From Chrysomallon squamiferum (Eukaryota; Animalia; Mollusca), in NCBI GenBank assembly GCA_012295275.1, contig CM022679.1, positions 31,620,001 to 31,684,000 on the forward strand: a stretch of 64,000 nt of DNA, written 5' to 3'. Below are positions 28,101 through 39,746 of this stretch, in pieces. Numbering within the stretch: position 1 is the stretch's first letter; each line of letters begins with the position of its first letter. The notes under the pieces were generated by a model. The model had not been told where the DNA came from, did not search any database, and saw only the letters and a list, made by a program, of their open reading frames with translations. Position numbers and translations under genes: made by a program.

Positions 28101-29746
28101 GTTAGTATTATGGTTAGATTTAGTTTATCTGTTTACCTTATGACTAGGGTTAAAGTTAAAGTTATTATTATAGGTTAGATTTAGTTATCTGTTTTTACCT
28201 TATGACTAGGGTTAAAGTTAGTATTATGGTTAGATTTAGTTATCTGTTTTATCTTTTTACTAGGGTTAAAAGTTAAAGTTATGGTTAGATTTAGTTATTT
28301 GTTTTACCTTATACTACTAGGGTTAAAGTTAGTATTATTATAGATTTAGTTATCTGTTTACCTTATGACTAGGGTTAAAGTTAGTATTATGGTTAGATTT
28401 AGTTATCTGTTTACCTTATGACTAGGGTTAAAGTTAGTATTATGGTTAGATTTAGTTATCTGTTTACCTTATGACTAGTTTAAAGTTAGTATTATGGTTA
28501 GATTTAGTATTTTCTGTTTACCTTATTACTAGGTTAAAATTAAAGTTTATGGTTAGATTTAGTTTATTTGTTTACCTTATTACTAGGGTTAAAGTTAGTA
28601 TTATGGTTAGATTTAGTTATCTGTTTACCTTATGGCTAGGGTTAAAGTTAGTATTATGGTTAGATTTATTTATCTGTTTACCTTATGACTAGGGTTAAAG
28701 TTAGTATTATGGCTAGATTTAGTTATCTGTTTACCTTATGACTAGGGTTAAAGTTAGTATTATGGTTAGATTTAGTTATCTGTTTACCTTATGACTAGGG
28801 TTAAAGTTAGTATTATGGTTAGATTTAGTTATCTGTTTACCTTATTACTAGGGTTAAAGTTAGTATTATGGTTAGATTTAGTTATCTGTTTACCTTTTGA
28901 CTAGGGTTAAAGTTAGTATTATGGCTAGATTTATTTATCTGTTTACCTTATGACTAGGGTTAAAGTTAGTATTATGGTTAGATTTAGTTATCTGTTTACC
29001 TTATGACTAGGGTTAAAGTTAGTATTATGGTTAGATTTAGTTATTATTTTTACTTATGACTAGGGTTAAAGTTAGTATTATGGTTAGATTTAGTTTTATT
29101 TTATTATATTACTAGGGTTAAAGTTAAAGTATTATGGTTAGATTTAGTTATTTGTTTTACTTTTACTAGGGTTAAAAGTTAGTATTATGGTTAGGTTTAG
29201 ATTTAGTTATTTAGTTTTACCTTTACCTTTAGGGTTAAAGTTAGTATTATATGGTTAGATTTAGTTATCTGTTTACCTTTATTATGACTAGGGTTAAAGT
29301 TAGTATTATGGTTAGATTTAGTTATCTGTTTACCTTTACTAGGGTTAAAGTTAGTATTATGGTAGATTTAGTTATCTGTTTACCTTATGACTAGGGTTAA
29401 AGTTAGTATTATGGTTAGATTTAGTTATCTGTTTTCACTTATGACTAGGGTTAAAGTTAGTATTATGGCTAGATTTATTTATCTCTTTACCTTATGACTA
29501 GGGTTAAAGTTAGTATTATGGTTAGATTTAGTTATCTGTTTACCTTATGACTAGGGTTAAAGTTAGTATTATGGTTAGATTTAGTTATCTGTTTACCTTA
29601 TGACTAGGGTTAAAGTTAGTATTATGGTTAGATTTTAGTATCTGTTTACCTTATTACTAGGGTTAAAGTTAGTATTATGGTTAGATTTAGTTATCTTATT
29701 TGTTTTTTACCTTATGACTAGGGTTAAAGTTAGTATTATGGCTAGA
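1141..29746. repeat. 53-bp tandem satellite array (satellite A), ~28.6 kb, roughly 500+ monomers
   Basis: Same monomer throughout in one orientation. Clean tracts (e.g. 1160-1860, 9760-9960, 11990-12140, 28690-29040) alternate with T-rich, indel-ridden copies. Confidence 0.98.
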
Positions 29747-29946
29747 NNNNNNNNNNNNNNNNNNNNNNNNNNNNNNNNNNNNNNNNNNNNNNNNNNNNNN
29801 NNNNNNNNNNNNNNNNNNNNNNNNNNNNNNNNNNNNNNNNNNNNNNNNNNNNNNNNNNNNNNNNNNNNNNNNNNNNNNNNNNNNNNNNNNNNNNNNNNNN
29901 NNNNNNNNNNNNNNNNNNNNNNNNNNNNNNNNNNNNNNNNNNNNNN
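29747..29946. other. Assembly gap (200 N)
   Basis: Run of exactly 200 N; it interrupts the vWA exon of gene copy 1. Confidence 0.99.
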
Positions 29947-30243
29947 TTCATTAGCCACCATTTTGATTGCTGCGTCTGTATTAGTACCTGCCCCGTCGTA
30001 GTACACGTTATTAATTCCATTGACAACACCGTTGACGGTGCTGTACTTTGAAAGGTCGAAGTCTACATACGGGGAACTGCTGAAGCTGACGGTAGCTACT
30101 CTGGTGTCGTTGGCGCTGATGTCGAGGCCTCGGACAACGTGAACGAGAAAGTTTTGAACACGTATAAAGTTGTCCGCACCAATACTGCCCGACGTATCAA
30201 CAATAAACACTAAATCTAAATTTGTCTTACAAGTCTGTGTGGA

Positions 30244-30281
<38 letters not shown>

Positions 30282-30285
30282 CAAG

Positions 30286-30316
<31 letters not shown>

Positions 30317-30343
30317 GATAGATAGATAGAGAGATAGATATAG

Positions 30344-30374
<31 letters not shown>

Positions 30375-30383
30375 GAGAGAGAC

Positions 30384-30480
<97 letters not shown>
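30244..30480. repeat. Compound microsatellite (AAT)n-(AT)n-(AGAT)n-(AG)n in intron 2
   Basis: Directly visible; also at ~37202-37455, ~44165-44405 and inverted at ~47390-47627, with length variation between copies. Confidence 0.95.
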
Positions 30481-30481
<1 letters not shown>

Positions 30482-30732
30482 GTTTAAGAACAATTCATAA
30501 AAGAAATAAATAAATACTTTCAAATTTTATTTAACAATGACAAAGACAGAAAAATACCAAAGAAAAAAGAAAGAAGAACAGGAACAAGAAGAACAACAAT
30601 CAACGTATAAAAGAAGGATGTAGACAAACAGGGAAAGAGAGATGGAGAAACAGTTTAAGAAGAAGAAAATAATTTAAAAAATTCTATCTAAAAAAAATAA
30701 AAATATGAAAGAGAAAAAAATGAAAAAAATAA

Positions 30733-30747
30733 ATAACAATAATAGTA

Positions 30748-30836
<89 letters not shown>
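30733..30836. repeat. (AAT)n microsatellite in intron 2
   Basis: Directly visible; counterparts at ~37708-37803, ~44659-44759 and, as (ATT)n, at ~46995-47130. Confidence 0.95.
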
Positions 30837-30840
<4 letters not shown>

Positions 30841-31547
30841 GGCAGCCAATACAGCGACTCATTTCTGAGACAGTGTGGAACGTGTTTTTAACATTCACTT
30901 GATGTAAACGTTTCAAATGGACGACTGGGTTTTAATATTAAAGCTTAAGCGTCACAGGTTTTATCTACTTACTAACTTACTTATTTGTTTACTAAAATAA
31001 AAGATATGGAAAGAAAGACCAACCATTGACATCTGCTTTTCTTGTAAACACATCGACAGACTCATTCGGGCTGTAGATACGTTTCCACAGCAACGCTTGG
31101 CTTGTGACGTCACCGGGAATGCTGATCCCACTCTTCAGTTGAATGTAGAGCGAAGCAGCGAGTCCAGAATACAGCGGTTTTAGTAGATCTCTCCACTTCC
31201 CCTGCTGTCATGTTATGTTGAGTGACGTCATAATTCTGTCACACGTCACACTAACAGGTGGCGGGAAGTGATTAATTTCATTGAACTTTGATTCATCAAC
31301 CTCAAAAAATATTTAATAATTGATTTTTTATTAAATAAGAATAAATAAATGACTACTCCTCTTAATACTACTACTACTACTACTACTAATAATGATAATA
31401 TAAAATCGTATTATTAATCGATACTATATTATATATATATATATATATATATTTCTTTATTTACATTTTTTTTCATTATGTATATTTTTTCTTATATTTG
31501 TAAATGTGTTTTCACAAAGTTATATCGTATTCCATAAAATTCACTAA

Positions 31548-31578
<31 letters not shown>

Positions 31579-32743
31579 ATCAATAAAGTTTCACCTGCCA
31601 AATTCCTCCGTAAAACCCTTTTCTGTATGTTTTTGTATCTCCCCCATTATCGGACTCAACTAGAGCCAGTCGCTGCAAGAAAAGTCTGTCCTGAGAGAAG
31701 ATGCAGTTGTCTCTGATCTGATCTACGACTGCAGTCACAACGTCATCACCTTTCTGCTTCTCTTTACGGGTTAGGTCTATTTCGCCGTCAATCACAACTG
31801 AAAGAACGACGACACAAAGAAAACGAAAGAGACAAGACGACGCCATTTCTGACTGGAACCGAACCAGCAGACTCGAGAGTGTCAGAGAACGTGCGTGGCG
31901 CATATAAATGTTATCTTAGACGTTAAATATTTAAAACAAAACTTTTTTTTCTTTACTGTTATTATCAACACATATGTTCGTCTTCACGCTCATTTTTATT
32001 TTTTGTTTGTTCATTGTCTGAATAAAAATTTAAAAAGATAAAAATTAAATAAATAAATAAAATAAAATAAAGATTATGACGATGACGATGATGATTGTAA
32101 TATTATTATGTTAACATATCTGTTTGAAGATGGATTTTTCTGGCGTTCTTTCAACCATTACTTCCAAAGGATCAATGCGAACGTCAAGAAGAAAAAAAGA
32201 AAGAAAAGAAAAACAAATCATAGAATTGTATTTGCTGGTGGGATCTTAAAACTTACATTTGTTTGACTGGACAGACGTAGGAATTACATTAAATTTCTTA
32301 AAGATGAAATTATTTAAATATGTCTCCCAAAGTTCTAGTTAGAGAGAAAAAATATATAATTGATATTTAAATATTTTGTTATTTATTTATTTATTTATTT
32401 ATTTACTTATTTACTTACTTACTTATTTATTTATCTATTGTAGTGAATTGTCATAGCTGTACATTTTACGAATATTATTTTGAAAGTTTGCACTATCATT
32501 CTGTGTTTCGTAGAGTTCTGGAAAGAGGAAATGATATTATCGTAGACTGGTGTTTTAAGATTATTTAAAACAAGATATGTTAAAACGTTAGCTTGCTTTT
32601 TTATAACTCAACATTATGAGTGTTTTGAGATTCTGTCGCGTTTATCTGACAATGAGTTCAACATCTATAAACAATATAGTCCTTAGTTGTGGTTTTTAGT
32701 TTTCTAAAATACATTTCCTATCGTACCTTTTGTAAATAAAACC

Positions 32744-32788
<45 letters not shown>

Positions 32789-33119
32789 CATTTCACTGTA
32801 TAATAGCAGAGGAGGGGCTAAGTTCTGCTACGGGTAAGTTGTGCCACACCCTCTCCAGGCTGGCTGACTGAGTGGATACGACTGAAAGATTCTGCCATCT
32901 ACTGATTCGTGTTAGGATAAAATGATTTTTCTCACTGATGCAGGAGACATGTAACTTCCCTAGAGAACAAAGATTCTCTGACAAAAAGTATGAATTTTGG
33001 TGTCTAATGTCGATCTTAGCCGGACAGATTTGTGAATTTCCTCCGTACTCACTGCAAAGATTATGCTGAAATCACATTTCATGTATCATAACTAGAAAAT
33101 TGTTTTCATATTATTTCTA

Positions 33120-34250
33120 TCAGTAAAGGTGGAGTAACACGACCCATTTCATATTTCCTCGTTTCAGCTACCACAACCACTTCATCAGGAGATCTATCTG
33201 CTGAGCAGCTACACATTGATGTACCAATGAAAAGCTGCTTATTCAGTGCATACACCATGTTATTCAGTACTGTACGGAACACAAGATCTTCTCACACTAG
33301 ACAACCACCAGTCAAACATAACTTTACAGGTTGTTGAAGTTCTACGGATACTGGTATTGTGATGCTGTTTTACCTCCGCACACGAATCACTGAGATACTA
33401 TTTGACAATGATATCCAATCTGTCGTGAATGAGACGGAAATGTCGGCTATGATTCCGAGGAATATATTATCGGAATTTAAAAGCACAGGCATGTTTTTGT
33501 TTAAACAGGGACCTATTCACAAACTTCACTTCACTCCAGCAGAATCCACTGACTGGAGGATAGAAGCAAACCAAGAATAGACTGATGAAGTGGATAATGA
33601 CAGTGACAGTATGGCTATCGATTATCAAATTCAGGACAAGCAGAATGATGTCAGTAGAGACATTTGTTGTTTTTTCTACCACAGATCACCCCACCCCACT
33701 GACTGACTATCAACTTCAACAGCAACAACTAACCTTGACAAATCGGCCGCGTCTCTCAGTAGTTCTGTTGATGATGTGGATGTGTCCCCTTCCGTAATTC
33801 TACGAACTCCACAGGCCGCCCCCCACCCCCGAAAAAAGCCACGAAACGTACGAAGAACAGTTCCAGGATGATGACTGACACTGCTATTCGAGATGCAGTT
33901 CCTGCTGCCTTGGTAGAAAGCGAACAAGTGCAAGGAAAACCAGGCCTACTCCAGAACTGTGTGTTCTTACGTCAGACGACAAGTGGTGCAGCAGCGTGAT
34001 GATGACGAGACAAGTTGAATCTGATGCTGCATCTACCCAGGTAACGCATCCACACAGCTTGAGATAAACGAAGAGGATTTTGTTAAGGTTAAATTTGCAG
34101 GAAAGTCAATCAGTAAGGAATACATTGCTAGGACTGATGCTGTAGGTGATGTTTCATTGCTAGGACGATATCATCCACAAGCTTCCCGAGCAAACGACTG
34201 CACGAAGATCCCTCCAACTTGTTTACACGAGGAATTTATTAAAAAAATGA
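33120..34250 (+). mobile_element. Decayed pogo/Tigger-like (DDE_1, Tc1/mariner superfamily) transposase remnant, unit 1
   Basis: Manual translation across frameshifts gives family motifs in the expected order: FIFPRFSYHNHFIR (33148), LLTLDNHQSNITLQVVE (~33288), GIVML..LPPHTNH (33370), AMIPRNILSEFKSTGMFLF/NRDLFT..FTPAESTD (~33445-33555), a basic RKKPR..MTDT segment, and DFVKVKFAGK..EYIA (~34077). Multiple stops, frameshifts and an internal deletion. Confidence 0.8.
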
Positions 34251-34258
34251 AATATAAC

Positions 34259-34259
34259 A

Positions 34260-34315
<56 letters not shown>
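34259..34315. repeat. (AAT)n microsatellite
   Basis: Directly visible; the copy at 41219-41278 is one unit longer. Confidence 0.95.
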
Positions 34316-34604
34316 TCTTCAATTATAAGTTCTTCCACTGTCTGTCTCTCTGTCTGTATCTTTAAGGAGATGATCGTGATCAGTGACGTCGTTTTCTTCA
34401 ATAGAAACACAACCTCTCTTGATACGTTCTGATTTTACATCAGTTGTTAACAGAGAGAGGAAAGGGAGGAACGGGAAATAGTGCTACTGGATCTCACATG
34501 TATGTATGTATGTATGTATACAAACACACACGCCCATACATACATGCACATATATATTTTACAGCGAAAACGGCAATGACAATAACTTCTATTACAACTG
34601 ATGA

Positions 34605-34995
34605 TGACAATAATAGTAGTAGTAGTAATAATAGTAGAAGTAGTAGTAATAGTAGAAGTGGTACTACTAGTAGTAGTAGTTATAGTAGTAACACTGTTAT
34701 AAGCACTACTGCTACTACTATTTAAATTACTACTGCGGCTACTCCTACTTTTAGCAATGCTACTACTACTGCATGTCAGGTACTACCCGCTATATTGCTC
34801 GATTTATCCGCACACTATTCTTATTAGCAGCAAGAAACAACAAATTACTGTTACTACTGCTACCAGTCCTACAACTATCACCATTAACAAGAAAGTTGGT
34901 TCAAGCACCAAACTACTACTACTACTACTAGTACTAGTACTACTACCACTACTACTACTGCTACTACTACTAATAATAATATTACTACATTACAA
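34605..34995. repeat. Degenerate (TAG)n / (CTA)n low-complexity tract
   Basis: AGTAGT runs at 34613-34690 followed by CTACTA runs at 34910-34990; repeated at ~41570-41955. Confidence 0.85.
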
Positions 34996-36150
34996 CCTCG
35001 ACAACTATTACATTATTTCTGTCACAGCTCGTTCATTTTAATGTTTGTTCAACTGTTATAACTATCTCTACTGCTACAACTTCTACGACGTCAACAGTTA
35101 CTAATATGACGAGATTACAAATGTAATTTTGTATTTTCTGACTAACTCACCCACTGTGACAAGACTGGTAAAAAAAGGTAGTCCCATTTAAATAGGTTGC
35201 AAATACGGTAAGCACGTGCTTTCCAATATCACTTTTGTTAGCGTAAGGAAATAAAGATGACATCACGTATCGAGTACACTTCACCTTCACGTTGTGGATG
35301 TTTACAGCAACGTGAACACTGCTGATGTTTCCTTGTTAACATTTCCCTTTTTGTTCACAGACATTGTTGGAACGGGAGAAAACAGTTTTGTTTAAGGAGA
35401 CTGTTTGTCCTAGATGAGCCACGACAAAATTATTTTGTTTTGAAGAATCCACGAGTACAGGGTGAACTGAAACGATAGAAATAATGAATGGAAGAATGAA
35501 GAATGAAAACATTTGAGAACATAACTAATGAATGGATCGATGGATGATTAATGGACGAACTGATTATGAATCATGGTTGGGAGGATAAAACATGAATAAA
35601 AAAGAACAAGAAAAAATATCCACGTAATTCTTATATAACGCTCACACAAAGAAACAGAAACAAACACAAAAATAATATACATATATACATAATCAGTAAT
35701 TCAAAATTATTTAGTATTACAGATATTTAGAAAAGTAGAATATTAATCAATGTAGTTTTGTTTCTCTATCTGTTTCTTCTTTTCTTCTTTCTTTCTTTCT
35801 TTCTTACATTTACTTAGTTATATTGTTTTACAAAAATATATTTAGAAACAAAATAAATAAATAAATTAATGATGATGATGATAAAAATAATAATAATGTT
35901 TTTAATAATAATAATAATGATAATAATAATAATGCATTTTATTTCTGTGAGATCTTACCATCATTTTATCATGTGAAATACATCGTAATTACCATCATCA
36001 TACAACCAAAACAAATTTATTTCATCATGTTAGCCAATAACTGTTCCGATGTCATGTTGACGGACGCAAGCACGATCTCTGATGTCAAAAACCACGTGAA
36101 TGGGACTCGCCTATCCTCTTTTTAAAAGACGTTTCGTTTCTTCTTTCCAG

Positions 36151-36432
36151 ATGAATGAAGGTTGACTAGGCGTGAAGAAGAACGAAAAGAACGCTGTCGA
36201 CGTACGGTGCACAAACCACGTTCAATCAGCTACGTGTATCCTCGGAAAGTCCACTTGGAACTTTCACGAGACATTCGTTTACTGTCTACTCATATTAGTT
36301 ATAATCCTTCTCAGCTTCGCGTTGGTCTCTTTCTTTCTCAATTTAGACCAGACTATTCGACAACGACTAACTTGTTATGACCGACATATTTTCACAGCAG
36401 TTCCAAAGTGCGAAAAAATTCACTCGTATTGA
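36151..36432 (+). pseudogene. Possible orphan exon / small ORF with one hydrophobic (transmembrane-like) segment
   Basis: Strong acceptor TTTCGTTTCTTCTTTCCAG| at 36150, then MNEG*LGVKKNEK...FVYCLLILVIILLSFALVSFFL...; non-repetitive composition; no recognisable family. Confidence 0.3.
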
Positions 36433-36671
36433 CCTACTGGTGGTACAAACGATGACGAAATCAGGAGACATCATACGTTATTAAGATCTATTCTCTGTTC
36501 GTGTTATTCTTTTTTTAATAAATTTGCAATGTTACAAGATTCTGCACAGTGTTGTTCTGTTCCACTCTATATGATTGTTGCGACGCATGGGAGACATCTC
36601 CACTTAGAGAAATTAATACATTTTACAATGTAAGGGAGGTAATTCTAATTAAGAAAATATTTTGTATCCAA

Positions 36672-36850
36672 CGGTCCAAGAGAGATAACTCCATTTAAGG
36701 AAACTATTAAAAATGTACGGTCTAAGAGGGATAACTCCATTTAAGGAAATTATTAAAAATGTACGGTCAAAGAGAGATAACTCCATATAAGGAAATTATT
36801 AAAAATTTACGGTCTGAGACGGATAACTCCATTTAAGTAAATTATTTAAA
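36672..36850. repeat. 46-bp minisatellite, ~4 copies, abutting the truncated vWA exon
   Basis: CGGTC starts at 36672, 36718, 36764 and 36810; unit approx. CGGTCYAAGAGRGATAACTCCATTTAAGGAAATTATTAAAAATGTA. Confidence 0.95.
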
Positions 36851-37192
36851 CGTCCGGGCAACTTTTTTCGAGTTTTTTCGCATTCCGTGATTCTCTGCGA
36901 ATATTTCATTAGCCACCATTTTGATTGCTGCGTCTGTATTAGTACCTGCCCCGTCGTAGTACACGTTATTAATTCCATTGACAACACCGTTGACGGTGCT
37001 GTACTTTGAAAGGTCGAAGTCTACATACGGGGAACTGCTGAAGCTGACGGTAGCTACTCTGGTGTCGTTGGCGCTGATGTCGAGGCCTCGGACAACGTGA
37101 ACGAGAAAGTTTTGAACACGTATAAAGTTGTCCGCACCAATACTGCCCGACGTATCAACAATAAACACTAAATCTAAATTTGTCTTACAAGT
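36842..37192 (-). CDS. Copy 2 exon 3: von Willebrand factor type A domain (C-terminally truncated)
   Basis: Acceptor TTTCCACACAG|ACT; TCKTNLDLVFIVDTSGSIGADNF (DxSxS MIDAS)...TRVATVSFS...GAGTNTDAAI...HGMRKNSKKVA, then RTFK-stop. The expected IVITDG strand is absent. The exact exon 2/3 junction phase is ambiguous. Confidence 0.85.
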   Translation of the reverse strand, partial: TCKTNLDLVFIVDTSGSIGADNFIRVQNFLVHVVRGLDISANDTRVATVSFSSSPYVDFDLSKYSTVNGVVNGINNVYYDGAGTNTDAAIKMVANEIFAENHGMRKNSKKVARTFK

Positions 37193-37201
37193 CTGTGTGG
37201 A

Positions 37202-37239
<38 letters not shown>

Positions 37240-37243
37240 CAAG

Positions 37244-37278
<35 letters not shown>

Positions 37279-37301
37279 TAGATAGATAGAGAGATAGATA
37301 T

Positions 37302-37444
<143 letters not shown>

Positions 37445-37724
37445 GCGAGAGAGAGGTTTAAGAACAATTCATAAAAGAAATAAATAAATACTTTCAAATT
37501 TTATTTAACAATGACAAAGACAGAAAAATACCAAAGAAAAAAGAAAGAAGAACAGGAACAAGAAGAACAACAATCAACGTATAAAAGAAGGATGTAGACA
37601 AACAGGGAAAAGAGAGATGGAGAAACAGTTTAAGAAGAAGAAAATAATTAAAAAATTCTATCTAAAAAAAATAAAAATATGAAAGAGAAAAAAAATGAAA
37701 AAAAAATAAATAACAATAATAGTA

Positions 37725-37807
<83 letters not shown>

Positions 37808-37984
37808 GGCAGCCAATACAGCGACTCATTTCTCAGACAGTGTGGAACGTGTTTTTAACATTCACTTGATGTAAACGTTTCAAATGGACGACTGGGTTTT
37901 AATATTAAAGCTTAAGCGTCACAGGTTTTATCTACTTACTAAAATTTGTTTACTAAAATAAAAGATATGGAAAGAAAGACCAAC

Positions 37985-38261
37985 CATTGACATCTGCTTT
38001 TCTTGTAAACACATCGACAGACTCATTCGGGCTGTAGATACGTTTCCACAGCAACGCTTGGCTTGTGACGTCACCGGGAATGCTGATCCCACTCTTCAGT
38101 TGAATGTAGAGCGAAGCAGCGAGTCCAGAATACAGCGGTTTTAGTAGATCTCTCCACTTCCCCTGCTGCCATGTTATGTTGAGTGACGTCATAATTCTGT
38201 CACACGTCACACTAACAGGTGGCGGGAAGTGATTAATTTCATTGAACTTTGATTCATCAAC
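37985..38261 (-). CDS. Copy 2 exon 2: C-terminal half of putative lysozyme-like domain (only stop-free copy)
   Basis: Acceptor TTTTTTGAG|GTT, in phase 0 with exon 1 (GIWQ|VDE); VDESKFNEINHFPPPVSVTCDRIMTSLNITWQQGKWRDLLKPLYSGLAASLYIQLKSGISIPGDVTSQALLWKRIYSPNESVDVFTRKADVN; best donor AATG|GTTGGT. Confidence 0.75.
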
Positions 38262-38508
38262 CTCAAAAAATATTTAATAATTGATTTTTTATTAAATAAG
38301 AATAAATAAATGACTACTCCTCTTAATACTACTACTACTACTACTACTAATAATGATAATATAAAATCGTATTATTAATCGATACTATATTATATATATA
38401 TATATATATATATTTCTTTATTTACATTTTTTTTCATTATGTATATTTTTTCTTATATTTGTAAATGTGTTTTCACAAAGTTATATCGTATTCCATAAAA
38501 TTCACTAA

Positions 38509-38539
<31 letters not shown>

Positions 38540-38555
38540 ATCAATAAAGTTTCAC

Positions 38556-38807
38556 CTGCCAAATTCCTCCGTAAAACCCTTTTCTGTATGTTTTTGTATC
38601 TCCCCCATTATCGGACTCAACTAGAGCCAGTCGCTGCAAGAAAAGTCTGTCCTGAGAGAAGATGCAGTTGTCTCTGATCTGATCTACGACTGCAGTCACA
38701 ACGTCATCACCTTTCTGCTTCTCTTTACGGGTTAGGTCTATTTCGCCGTCAATCACAACTGAAAGAACGACGACACAAAGAAAACGAAAGAGACAAGACG
38801 ACGCCAT
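38556..38807 (-). CDS. Copy 2 exon 1: signal peptide + N-terminal half of putative lysozyme/lytic-transglycosylase-like domain
   Basis: ATG in AGAAATGGCG context; MASSCLFRFLCVVVLSVVIDG is signal-peptide-like; LQRLALVES...YGGIWQ; donor CAG|GTGAAA. Confidence 0.82.
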
Positions 38808-39702
38808 TTCTGACTGGAACCGAACCAGCAGACTCGAGAGTGTCAGAGAACGTGCGTGGCGCATATAAATGTTATCTTAGACGTTAAATATTTAAAACAA
38901 AACTTTTTTTTCTTTACTGTTATTATCAACACATATGTTCGTCTTCACGCTCATTTTTATTTTTTGTTTGTTCATTGTCTGAATAAAAATTTAAAAAGAT
39001 AAAAATTAAATAAATAAATAAAATAAAATAAAGATTATGACGATGACGATGATGATTGTAATATTATTATGTTAACATATCTGTTTGAAGATGGATTTTT
39101 CTGGCGTTCTTTCAACCATTACTTCCAAAGGATCAATGCGAACGTCAAAAAGAAAAAAAGAAAGAAAAGAAAAACAAATCATAGAATTGTATTTGCTGGT
39201 GGGATCTTAAAACTTACATTTGTTTGACTGGACAGACGTAGGAATTACATTAAATTTCTTAAAGATGAAATTATTTAAATATGTCTCCCAAAGTTCTAGT
39301 TAGAGGGAAAAAATATATAATTGATATTTAAATATTTTGTTATTTATTTATTTATTTATTTATTTACTTATTTACTTACTTACTTATTTATTTATCTATT
39401 GTAGTGAATTGTCATAGCTGTACATTTTACGAATATTATTTTGAAAGTTTGCACTATCATTCTGTGTTTCGTAGAGTTCTGGAAAGAGGAAATGATATTA
39501 TCGTAGACTGGTGTTTTAAGATTATTTAAAACAAGATATGTTAAAACGTTAGCTTGCTTTTATAACTCAACATTATGAGTGTTTTGAGATTCTGTCGCGT
39601 TTATCTGACAATGAGTTCAACATCTATAAACAATATAGTCCTTAGTTGTGGTTTTTAGTTTTCTAAAATACATTTCCTATCGTACCTTTTGTAAATAAAA
39701 CC

Positions 39703-39746
<44 letters not shown>

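Larger units (their letters stand above)
29947..31846 (-). pseudogene. Copy 1 of secreted lysozyme-like + vWA gene; exons 31846-31595, 31300-31024, ~30234-gap; premature TGA in exon 2
   Basis: Exon 1 MASSCLFRF...GGIWQ ends at CAG|GTGAAA. Exon 2 VDESKF... has TGA (plus-strand TCA at 31208-31210) where copy 2 has TGG. The vWA exon runs into the gap. Confidence 0.8.
29947..36904. repeat. ~6.96-kb segmental tandem repeat, unit 1
   Basis: TTCATTAGCCACC at 29947 recurs at 36905 and 43868; near-identical ORFs recur at offsets of 6958-6963 (30210/37168/44131; 31903/38864). Confidence 0.97.

Noticed and set aside
843-28692. ORFs such as MTRVKVSIMVRFSYLFTL...
   Set aside because: Translations of the 53-bp satellite or of N runs; no coding evidence.
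1-29746. CRISPR-like array (constant motif with variable intervening sequence)
   Set aside because: The variable parts are corrupted copies of the same monomer, not unique spacers; eukaryotic context and no cas genes.
30227-30916. Poly-LS, poly-Y, poly-L and poly-N ORFs (also 34157-35041, 37174-37497, 44137-44830, 46924-47656)
   Set aside because: Translations of microsatellites.
31847-31903. Upstream ATG extension MRHARSLTLSSLLVRFQSE
   Set aside because: The downstream ATG has a better context (GAAATGG) and directly starts a signal peptide; the extension is probably promoter or 5' UTR.
31900-31912. TATAAAT box about 60 bp from the start codon
   Set aside because: It reads TATAAAT on the non-coding strand (TTTATAT on the coding strand) in AT-rich DNA; not supportable without TSS data.
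32793-33933. Short ORFs (63-85 aa, both strands) as independent genes
   Set aside because: They overlap the degraded transposase; they are off-frame or antisense fragments.
34605-34995. Hairpin between (TAG)n and (CTA)n tracts
   Set aside because: Low-complexity complementarity with many mismatches; expected by chance in such tracts.
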